64,000 nucleotides of DNA from the NCBI GenBank assembly GCA_964187785.1, contig OZ076409.1:39062001-39126000 (forward strand), read 5' to 3'. Shown one piece after another: positions 13,901 through 25,900 of this stretch; position 1 is the stretch's first letter; each line of letters starts with the position of its first letter. The notes beneath the pieces are model-generated. The model searched no databases, was not told the DNA's origin, and worked only from the letters and a program-made list of their open reading frames with translations. A program made the position numbers and the translations under genes. The DNA is from Amphiscolops sp. MND2022. Its lineage: Eukaryota.

Positions 13901-16900
13901 AATATCTTCGGGCGGCTTGAAAAAGTCCAACACAACAAAATAATATCTAACTTTGAAAACAGTTTAGTCATTTTTATAAGAAATTCAAACTTTACGAAGA
14001 AAGGTTGAAGACTGGCTCAACAATTGAGGAATCTGGAAACTGAAAACAAGACGAGAACGTCTCAAGTCGGCGCTATATCTAAGGCTCAAAAAGCGCAAAA
14101 CATTTTTTGGAAAAAAACTTGAAATTTTCGAAATAAAAATTTCTTTCGGAAAATGTCGCACAGTGCCGAAAAATGTAAAAGGGGGACCCTTTTTGATTTA
14201 TAAACACGCATTCTGTTGCAAAATAACAAAAAACTCGAAGGGGGGACCCTTTGGGGACATTAAAAAATTTTTGAAAAAAAAGTCGCACAGTGCCGAAAAA
14301 TCCAAAGGGGGACCCTTGAGGCACGTCCGGTATTGTAGGTTACGTTAAAAAAGTAAAACTTGAAAGGGGGCACCCTTTGGACTAAGTTTGCAAGTTTGCC
14401 TGGGCCGGACTTAGCCTTAGTTGGTTTCAGGATTGTTTCTGAAAAGTGGACCGATCTGTGTAAGGATTGTAGTCTGAAGAAAAAAAGTCACTGCTATAGT
14501 CGGGCATTTTTCCTTAAAAAGATAAAGCGCCGACTGAAAACAGTTTGTTACATTGCTTTAATATGTTGTATTTAAAAAGTTTGGAGCCAAAATCCTTCAA
14601 AAACGTTTCTTCCAGCAACCCTTAGAGTTTCTTTCAGAATCTTGAGCTTTAAAACAGTAGATGTAATAACTGCTAGGTACTGAGATTTCAAAGTCGAAAC
14701 TGTTCACGGTACGCTTCTGCGATGGGAAGAAAGTAAGTGTTTCATTTTTTCAAAATTTTAATCAATTGATAAAAGCTAAAAGTAATTGGCGATCTTCAAC
14801 AAAGTTTCTTGGGTAAAAATTAAAAGACCAATGACAAAAGCTAACTAACACATAATTAAGACCATCTTCAGTGACGTGATCTCCAATAACATCCCCAGAG
14901 TCTCGATCGAAGTATGTTCTAATGTATGAACATACTCCCAGTTTACCGTACGCTCTACTCATACTATTAAGAGGGACAGGAGACGCTTCTGCTTCATTGA
15001 ATTTCTCAATGCACTTCTCGTGACCCTCCGCGCAGGAAAATGACCAGCAGATAGGACCTGAAAAATCCAGATTATATGAAGGAGGCAAAGCACGTTCGCA
15101 ATTATTACTAGCAAAAGGGAAAATATATATTTGCTTCATCACAATTTGGGTTTACAGAGACTTTAATTCATTCTCCTTCACGTTTCAGTTAATGGAAATC
15201 AGTTGACAGTCTTATACACGTCAAGTAAATTCATGTTGCGCGGACATAATTCAAACATCATGGACGTGCATCTGATATAGCCGACTACATCAAAATATCG
15301 ACTACATCAGTGTTAAGAGCGCTAAGATCTACAATTAAAATGGTTGATGCATTGTCAAATCTTTAACTGTAACTGATCAACTTTGAAACAACAATGGTTC
15401 ATCTATCGTAGGTATCACTAAGTATGACAATAAGGATATAACATGAATGGAGCAATTTAATTAGCACGTTTTGGACATTGTTTATCAACAACTCTGGTTG
15501 CTCATTTCCGTAATGGTCTGACTTTGGCATGTCACAAAACCCCCTCCAGGTAAAATGGCAATATGGGGTATTTGGTAAAAGTTTCGTATAATACGGTTGA
15601 CTCCGTAGTTGTTGGTTACTGTCCGTACATTACGGTTTTTTTCTCCACAATGCCCTTCTGCGGTCTGGTTTGGCTTTCCTGTGACAAATCATGGGTTACT
15701 TTTGTTTTCTTTTCGCTATTATTTCTATAGTATGGAACACCGCCTAATTTTTTGGTCTGTTTTGCAAATGGTAATCTCTTTGACTCTCTCATTAACATAT
15801 ATGGTTCAGTTGGTATTTGACCGTAACTTATACCAAGTTCGGGTGTAAAATTGGTTTACTTCGGATGGATTTGTAGTTCGTCTTCGACGTTGGCCTGGAC
15901 TTGCTTCCCTTCGGTTGTATTGTAACAATTGAAGTCATCACCCGAGATTACGTTTAGATGCTAGTCCATTGATTTTTCAGTGGCTTTTTCAGCGAACGTG
16001 AACTGTCTCTTTCCATTTCGTGGCTGTTTTCATTCGTCTCAGTCAGTCCCCGCTCCTGTCAGTTTTTACAGGTGTCGTCAGTTCGTCATTTCTGTAACCG
16101 CATGATACGGGGGCATCGATGGTTTTGGAACAGGGAGCTTTGGTCATTGGCTGTCATTTGCCTGGTGCTGATTCGTTTTGCCGGTGTTGAAATTTTCTGA
16201 AATGGTAATACGTAGAATATTATTTTCTGTGGAAAATTTCGGGTGGGCGGAAATAGGTCGAAGTAACGGGATCGAAAATCAGAGTTAGTCCTCAGGTCGA
16301 CATACTCTGATTTTTGAATGGGATCGAAACAACTCGGATCGAAATTTTTATAACGTAGTCAGATATGTTCACATACCCCTAGTGCCCTAAATGCAGGAGC
16401 GAAGCGAAGCGGAGCGACGTGCCATTATGGCCATGCCTCAATGTTGCTACTTGGCGAAGGGAGCGAAGCGACCGAGCCATACAACAAAAACGATTAAATT
16501 CGACCGCATTCCATTCGATCTCTGCAATTCGATCAAAAGGTTCGACCTCTGTCCTTTCGACCAGAAAAATTCGACCTATTTACAGCCACCCGAAAATTTC
16601 ATTTTTATCGGTGGTTACCGAGTGGTTGGTTCCCAAAACTGCTATTTGTGGTTTATTGTCGATATTACTGCCCAAGGAACTCTTTTTGTGAGCTTTTTTA
16701 AAAACAGTGAACGGGTAATTCTTTTTACTTACCGTACTGGGCGTCGTGGGCTCGATCCTCTCCGTCGCCATACTTTTTTGCAATAAGCGTGTCACGGAAC
16801 ATATCCCGGTGCTTAGAGGGCGTCTTGTTCTCTTTTTTTGTGTGATGTAGCGGATTATTCGGGTTTACTTTCTTCCTTTTCTTCTGAGCTTCCATCTTCC

Positions 16901-19900
16901 ATCTTTTTTGTTTTTCGGGTCGCTGTTATTTTGTTTGCTCCTGCATACTCGGCAAAATGTCGTATTTTCTGGCAGTTGCTGCATGTCTTTCTTTTGAATC
17001 TATGCTGGGGGTCCAGTTCTGTTGTCCGTAGAATCCGCGATCATTCTTTTTTTGCGTCATGTTTTCGCGGTTGTTCTTTTTGTACTTTGTTTTAGTGTAG
17101 TCTCGATTTTTTCTGGTTTATATTATCTGAATCGGTTCCTATTTGATTTTTTGTCTTTTACCCATGCAGGTGGTTTCGTGTATTGTTTATGCCGTCGGTC
17201 GTAGCTGTTTTCAGTAATTAAGTCTGTCGTTGTTTTGATATTCAGTGTTTTTTGCCTAGTAGTTTTTCCCGTAATTTGTCGTCGGTGATGCTGGTTCCGA
17301 ACTTTGATATCAGTAAGTCTTATTGTTCTATTTTTTTGAATTCGCAGTTCGTCTCCAGTGTCACTAACTTCTTCCAGTGTTCTTTTGGTGTTTCGTTTTC
17401 TTCTTGCTTTGCCGAGAAGAACTATCTTCGACTGTGGTATGTTTTCTCGTGGGCATATAATGTTACCGGATTAATTGTAGTAATTTGTCGGTTTGATTTT
17501 TTCGAGGTCCGTGTTGAACTCGCTTTTTGTGATCATTTTAATTGCTGACGGTCCGGCAGCCCAACTGATGTCTTGTCGGACTTCGGGTTCTTTCTCGTCC
17601 CATCATTCACCCATGGGTACTGTTTCTTCCGTTATTAATTTCTTAATGTCGACGTTATGGTTCCTTCTGAAGTATCTTGTAGATACGGTAGTTGAATGTT
17701 ATTCGCGGTTGTCATCATTGGTTGTTTTGTCTGTGAAGAGTTTTTTGTGGGATAAAGTTGGGATAAGGGTTTAAAATTGTATCTTGCTGATTGCGCCATG
17801 TTTAGAACGCTAAGATCTACATTTAAAACGGTTGATGCATTGTGAAAGTTTTACCTGAAATCATCAATTTTGTAACAACAATGGTTCATCTATTGTATGT
17901 ATCACTAAGTATGGCAGTTTGTGTATAACATAAATGGAGCAATCTAAGAAGCACGTATAAGAGTTTGTTTATCAACAACTCTGTGGTTGCTCGTTTCTGT
18001 AATGGCATGACCTTGGCATCTCACAGTCTGATGCACGCCTATTATTTATGCACGAAATGTGTCCGTGTGACATGAATATACTTGTCTGGTAAAAGACATT
18101 CAACTGATTTCCATTGAACGAAAGTGAAGGAGAATGATATATGCATCTGTATTTGTGTCAGAACGTGCAGACGTCTCCGAGTTAAGTACGTCTCTGTTGT
18201 TCTCTTCCCTACTATTCGATAATCTATCAGTAAGGGCTTTCACAATACTGGTAAGTTTTCCAATTTGGCGATTCATTTCCAAGAAACGTTCTTCAAATCT
18301 ATGATTTTCGTGGTCCCTCTTTATCTCTCTCATGTCATTTTCCGTCTCATTTTCCAAGACATTTTCACCGAAATGGTCAGCAACACTCATGTTATCTTCG
18401 TCGTCAGAATACCTACTAGTTCCAGATTGCTCGATTCTATTTTCTCTGTTAAACCTCGATCGAGTTTTAACCATGGTTGAAAAGTTATAGTTTTAAACGG
18501 TTTGAATTATGAATGGTAAATGTAAGAATCAGATTTTTGTAAAGTGCTTGTCAAGGTACGACTGGATTTTACAGTAGCAAAGTTCTCGTGTGTTGGATTT
18601 TCAAATTGTAGTAGCACCTTCAAACTTGTAATTACTCGTTAATTGCACTCGATTATTTGAGTCTTTTTCCAATTGGTTATTTTGGTTAACCTGCTGTTAG
18701 CACCTCATGGTACATTTTGTACGACTGGTCACTTCAGTCGTTGTTAATTACCACTTCGGTACTTTCACTCTATTATCACACCAGTATGCATCATTTACCT
18801 TGCAACTTCACAGCGCGTACAAGTGATTGAAGTGTTGAATGTAATTACTGCATTTGATCGTTGGTAATATTGCTCTAATTAGCACTAGGTACAAATGGAC
18901 GACTATTGATCGAAGTCGTTACTGGTAATTTCGCAAAGTATTGAATGAATGAGTATTTATGAACTAAACGATGTTAAATGACTATTGGTGAACTAAACGA
19001 TGCTCTAGTAATTGGACTATTGATGATTTAGATATAAAAAAACTGCATGTATGTTTAAGTAAAGGTACAACCGGATATGCCAGTCGTTTGTGTGAAAGTT
19101 TCATGTATTGCACATAAAGGTTGCTGAATTCGATTATCTGTTTTAGTCGTTATTGCTAAACAGGTGAAAGGAAAATATGTTCTTGTAAAATTTGTCGAAG
19201 CACACTGGTAATTTGTGACATTAGTGAAATTGGGGTGACGACTTCATAGTACAGTCGTCCATTATATGCGTCTACATGTGTTTGTGTTTTAAATGTTTCA
19301 GTCGGTTGTTGGAGACTTCATTCTTCAGTCGTTGTAATTCATACCAACCGGTATGACACTCCGCCTCTTTGAAAGAAAGTTGGCGGGAACTCCGAGTTAA
19401 TGCTGATTGGGAATCGTGATTGAGGATGGTTGGTTAGCTCGGTGGCTGGAAGGTTTGGATAGCAGGGGGCAGGTAGCTGTCGTTTGTATTCGATGAAACT
19501 TTTCGTCATGCAACGACTGCGGTTAGTAGTCGTCGTTGAATGGAAACAGCTATTGGTTTACCGTCGAGTAAGCGGAAGTAGCATTGGACTGTGACGTCAT
19601 GTGCATCTTGGTGTAGAAAAGTGGAAGTAGGTAGGGCTGAGTTGAATTCGGTATGCCACGTCATCCGGTCGTGCGCTTGATGAGAGAAAGTATTGTGTTA
19701 AGTAAATATTAAAGGAGCAATGGCCGCGGCAGTCGGCTCATACTCGGAAGAGTAAACACGTTTGATGCAGAGAGTCGTGCATTTCGTTTTGCGTTTCCGC
19801 TACTCGTGTTTGTGTAAACAAATCATAGCTGCAGCAGTTGGTAGTTTCGTGCTCAATTGTCGTTAGCATCAGTGCTGTTCAAACTTTTGTTGCTGTTCAA

Positions 19901-22900
19901 TACTGATAATCTCCGTTAATTCTTTGATTATCGTTTATTGATTGTTGATTGTTCCCATTATTTTTTCTTGCCCCTTCTTATCACTGTGTGTCTTCGAGGT
20001 TGGGATCGAATATGTTCTGGTCTGATAGGTTTTGTTCGATAAGGAAGGGAAAAAAACGACTGCTGTGATCAGAGGTAATTATTCTTTGTTGATATTTCCG
20101 TGGATTGATTTTTGCATTCAGAACCACCCATTGTGGTAACTTTTGACTATTAAGTAAGGCTAGTAATACAAAAAAATGTAGGTGATCAGGCCACATATTC
20201 GATTTCACCAGCACTGAATTGTTGAGTCGTCATTTGTCCCCTGTACTTAGTTTATTCCTATCGTCGCATGTCCGATCTGGGCGATTCCTCCTTAGATCCT
20301 GATTTGTGGTCGCTGGTATCCCTCGCCGAACAAAGTTATCAGGATCTTGAAGAAATGGCTTCGGGTATCGAGTCATTGTCAGAAGAAGCGTTGGCCACAG
20401 AAGCTGCGAATTTGGGTCTGCCTTGCTGTCAGTTCGCTGGGCGGGTGACTTCGTCATCCCTAGGGGGTATGAGCGAGTTGCTAGATTTTGCTCTATCTGA
20501 AAACTTCCGTGAGTACTCTTTTTTGTAACATTCTCGTCGTCACGTGTCAGTGACTACTTTCTTTTGCTCGAGTCTTTTTCTTCCATTTTTCCGGATTTGT
20601 GCATTAGGAGTATAGACACTGCATCATAGTGGTTCAGTCACTTCTAATTCTTTTGTGCGCTAATGTATTCTGGGGGTATCGTGATGAGATGGTTATTTCA
20701 TTGTTTTTTGCTTGGGTCGTAGGCGACGTAGATGTGTCGACCTTGCTGGAGTACGTTCGTGCTTTCCCGCAGAGGGGTGGTCAAGCAAGTGTGGCTCCTC
20801 CAAATGTCTTGGGCGAACAAGTGCACCAGTTGATGGAGTCTCAATTAGGTTAGTAGTGCGTTAGTTCTTCCGGTTTAACACTCCTGTAGTTTCGAGTAAC
20901 ATGTACGACCTTGGTGTGTCGTGTGTCGCCGTTGAAGTAGCGTCAGTTGGGTAGTGAATTAATCACTTTGCGATTATCTAGAATTTTGGGGTTGGTTTTA
21001 GGTGTCGAGGACTGTGCTGTCTTGTCCTTGGACGATCTTCTGGGTCGTGTAGAGGCCCGAATGGAGAAAAGCGTTCGGGAATTGACTAAAGCTATCCTGG
21101 AATCTTCTTTGGGAGAACTCGGGACTGTTGGAGTCCTTCGTGTCGACGAGTTCTGGCACACCTTCAAGACTGCGCTGCAAGAGGTCATCGGGAAGCAGCG
21201 TGTGGATGGGACGTCTCGGGGGTTCACTCCTTTCGTCGAGTTGTCTTCTGGGGAATTGGCTAGCCATGGTACCGCTCCTGGGCGCAGTGTCTCCGGGACT
21301 AGCTCTCATGTGCCGACTGTGTTCGGTGGTCCTGGTTCAATTGCTGCAGTTGTGGATCCGGTTGTCGGGACGTCCGCAGCTCCAAAACCTGGTAACTATT
21401 CTCAAGATCACATGCAATGTTGTACTAACTTGGGGGGTTAAGCTTAAGTGTTAAGACTATCTCTAATATCTTATCGTTTTGGAAGGTAGTGTAGGTACTA
21501 GTGTTGTTTTTCGCGTTTTTCTATGATAAGCAAAAGTAGTGATTGGGAGAGACAGGTCAGACACTTCCATTACATTCTTTGGGTGTGACTTTTGGTGTGT
21601 GTTTTTAGTGAGGAAGAAGAGGCTCAACACGCTGAAGCCATCCTATTTTGTGTCGAATGTGGTTGGGCTGTTTGTTGGCTTTCCGCGACACAAACGTGTC
21701 ATTGACGGGTTCGCGCGTTGCCTCATGTGTCGTGTGGACCTAAGTATCGCGGGTCGCGGCCTTCAGAATCTGTGGGGGCATTGGAAGGGTGCGGAACATA
21801 CCCGACTAGAGCAAAAGTTCCGCATCATGACGCAGCGTCCATTGTTGGACAAATCGTGTCGGCCCGTTTCTGCCGAAGAGGACAAGCGGATACGACTTGA
21901 TCGGATGGTGGAGCCTCCAGTCTATTTAGAGTCTCCAATCAGTTCGTCTCTGGAGGAGCGCGTGGCTCTTGAACGTGAAGTGGAAGATGAGGGTTCTCGG
22001 CCGGTCTTACCTGATGGAAGTGCTGCTTATCTGTGGTTGTGCTTCTTTTTGAACTGTTTTGGGGCAGTCACTGGATTTCAGTCGCTGATGCGTCTCATGG
22101 ATGGGTGGACTGGCAGTTTGCTAGGAGAGATGAACTTTGTAGCCCGAAGCCTTACCGTTCCGAAATGTCAGGTACCATAGCATTTTGTGTATGTTTTACG
22201 TGTGTTGCTGCTTTCTGGAGGGGGGGGTGTATTACTCTAGTTTTATGTATATGTTACATGTGCTAGGACTTGTATGTTACATGGTGTGGTGTGTGTTTGG
22301 CCGATGGATGGTCTATGTCGTTTTGTGTTGTTTAGAGCTTGTTGTTGTACGGGGTATACCCGTACATCATGGAGAAGATGGGCAGCCTCGTGCAAGCGGG
22401 CAATCAATTAGGGCTGCGAGTGTATTTCGATGGGAATTTCTGGCGGGTCGACTGTCATTTTGTGGACGACGTGGAATTGAGGACGGTGACCCTTGTGACA
22501 TGGCCTGTTTGCGCTCGCTGGAAAGAAGATCTGATTTGACTAGCTGTGACTGTATTGTCGTGTCTGGATCCGTTGCCTAGCCTCTGTAGTGTGGTAGTGG
22601 ACACTCACGTCGCTGTCAGTCGGTGGTCATTGGCTCATTTTGGACCTGCTGGCAAGTCCAATGTGATGCGTTTCTACGATGTGCAGTGGTTGCAGCGCAG
22701 CATCCGACAGCAGTTTCGGCAACGAATTGGAGGTCTCGATCCCTACAATGTTTTGGAGTTCCTCAAATATCGTCTGTCCAGCGTGGTCAATGGATCGGCC
22801 TTCGACAGAATGCCTTTGTTGCGTCAGGTACTTTCTTTTGGTATAGGTGCTGTAGGTGTGTAATATCTAAGGTGTATTAACTTTGTCTAGCGTGTGTGTA

Positions 22901-25900
22901 AACTAAACCTATGATTGTAGCAGTAGGACTAGGGTGTTCAGTCGTTTCCTGCTTTTCGTCTCATGTATCAAAATGCAGATGTCGTTTTTCTGTTTGCAGT
23001 ATGTGCGCAGTGACGACTTGACTCTACCGCAATTGGCTGCTGTGTGTGGGGAGCTTGTCGAACGATGGAACGATCTGGCTGTTTACTTCGGCAATGAAGG
23101 CAGTGGGTCTATGGTGGAGCTGAGATTGATTCCTAGTTTGAATGTCGTCATATTCAATGACCGTTTGGCTCGGCCACAGATGGCCATGTTGAGATGGTTG
23201 CTAGATGAAGGTGAGTATAAATCAAGAGGTTGCGGTTTTTTGTTATCCTTTCTCTCGCAGGTATATTTCTTTTTTGCGGCGATGTTCATTGAAATGGAAA
23301 GACTGTGAAGCAATTTGGTTGTGTCATCATCATTTTCATTTTTTTTGTAGGTTTTTTTTCGTTACGCGTGGGGGCTATTTAGAGTAAATCCGCAATGATG
23401 TCGGTTTGGTTTGTTTGTTTTAGTAGTGGCGTCCTTTCCTCGAGGGTGTACCTACAGCCGGGACCGTGACCTGTGCTTTGAAGTAGAGTTTGTTGCTTTC
23501 TTGCGACGCCTGAGGTGCATGGTCCAGGATGCTGACAAGGTTCCTGCTGCCTTCGACCACGAGCGCCTTCGGAGTACAAGGCCTATCGATCTTGGTACCG
23601 TTTCACAGGAGCGTTACAAGGCTTTGTTCGTGCAGTACTTCCGTTTTGACGTTCTCGACCAGCAGCGTGTTTTTTATCGCGAGCTTCAGTTGTTTCTAGC
23701 TAAGCTTTGTGAGGACCTTGTAGCTGATTATCAGTCAGACATCGCGGGGAGACTGAATCTGTCTGCTTTTGCTCCTGAGGCCATGTTTCGACGTTCGAAG
23801 GATCGGGTCGTGGATTCGCTGATGGATTGTTGCTTGCTGCTGACCCGTCTGGGTTTCCTTACTGACCTCCAAGGTGCAAAGGTCGTTCAGCAGTACGATG
23901 ATGTGTACAACTATTTCATGCATCGCTGGCGTTGTCAGTCGTCTTCCGGACCTGTTGTGGATGATGTGATAGACTTGTGGTGCTCATACCCTTTCTGGTC
24001 GCGCTGTGTTGATTTGCTGGCTGTTTTTAAAATTGTCGTCTGCTGTTCCGCTCGCAGCCAGTATGTTGCTGATTTCTTAGATGTCGGGGTCACTGCTCTC
24101 TCCCAAGGACAGTTGCTGTCCAGTATGAACTTGGTGCGGAGCTGGACGAGTGCTGGAGTGGTCGGCGGTGCGAGAAAATTAATGACCGGGTTCCTTCGTC
24201 ACTGTGAGACAACAGATATGCAAGTTTCGCGACTAACAGACCCAGAAAGAAGACGACCCTGGGATCAGCTGCTGAAAGTTGGAGTCGAAGACGTGTTGTC
24301 CCGGTGCTATCAGGTTTTCAATGAAGGAACTGTAGAGTCAGCAGGGATCTCCATGGACGACTACCGGTCAGCAGTGTGTGCACAGTTAAAGAGCAGTGCC
24401 GGCGATGCTAATGTTCAGTTGAAATGCCGTATTCGGAAACTTACGTCTCGTGGTTCTGTTGTTCCGTTTTCCGTCGACGATGATGAGCCGTTGATTCGAC
24501 ATGTCACTCGGGGTAAAGCACCCAAATCGCAAAAGGATGTCGGTTTGCCTTCTACCTCACGTGGCGGTAAAGGCAAGAAAACAACAGTGCGTGCCAAATC
24601 TAGTTCTACCAAGGCGTCTAAGAAGGTTGTAAAGCGGAATTTGTTAAAAGTCCTGATGAGTGAGTAGTCGGAGGAGTACTAGTGCGTTGGAGAGATAGTT
24701 TGTTTAACAAACTCGCTAAGACTACTTTTTTGAACTTCTGTAGTGCTTCTTTTTGTATTTGTAGTAATGTTATATGGTATTACATTGTTTTTTGATTTTT
24801 TCTTGAGCGCTGTATCATTGTTCTTCTTTCGCTGCTGATTTTTAATTTTTTCATGTTGATTGCTGATTTGGCTGTCATTGTTAGTCCCGGAACGGGTACA
24901 TTTGATTTTGTATTTTACTGGTTTGCATGCATTTTCGTTATTAATCTTGATTTGTGACAATTGTTGCATAGATTTTAGTTACATGGCTTGATACATCTTG
25001 CATGTGTCTCCCTTGTTTATCTCGTTGACACCGTAGCATTTAAGTGTGTCTAGAAAAAGAAATACAATTTTGACTTTGATTATTCTTTTGTCGCAGCTTA
25101 AAGTTTTGCATGTAGGATGTTGTTTCATGTGTATTACATGAGATCATTTATCTAAGTCGACGTCATCATCGTTGATGTGTGTCGTTATTTTTCTTGAGCT
25201 TTTGACTTGTTACGTTATGGTAATTGCTATGGTGAACGGAAGGTGGACTAAGGTCTTGATGTGTGTTTGTATTGGACAGCTAGTTTGTAAGTAGGACCGT
25301 GAACTCCTTAAGTTTTTTACTGAGGCGAGGCGAAGCCTACGCATTGTTGGTCTAATTTAAGGGGTCGAGCGTTCATTTTCGTCGTTTTGGTGAATACGAA
25401 TATTTACCTTTATGTCCATATTTTTTTCCCAGTTTATTGTTCGGTTTATTGTACGGTGAATTGCCGTCGCAACCACCCATTCAAAACTAACACTGAATCC
25501 AGTTGCTAAAGAGCAACCTTCATCTGTATGGTGACGACCAACCACACAAGCGCGCTTTTGAACGACGCACCCACACAGCCAGCACTATGATTTCAAAGTT
25601 AAATGAGTGGGGCTTCATTGCGTGGTCCTAACGTTAGCGAGGCAGCAGATCGTTCCTGTTAGTTCGTTGATCGTTTTGGGAACGTTATTTGCGTTCACGT
25701 TTCGTTAATTTCGCTGGGATCGTCTCGTATTTGGAGTATTTTACTCCAACTGTGGCTATGGTGATTTTGGCATGAATTGAATAAATTATCTCGCGTTAAT
25801 TCACATGGTACATGTATTTCCGCATCGTGCTTTTCGTGACGACTGGTGTCTGTGGTTGTTGCGTTTCCGTCCGTTCTTTATTAATGGCAGTTAGTGCTCA

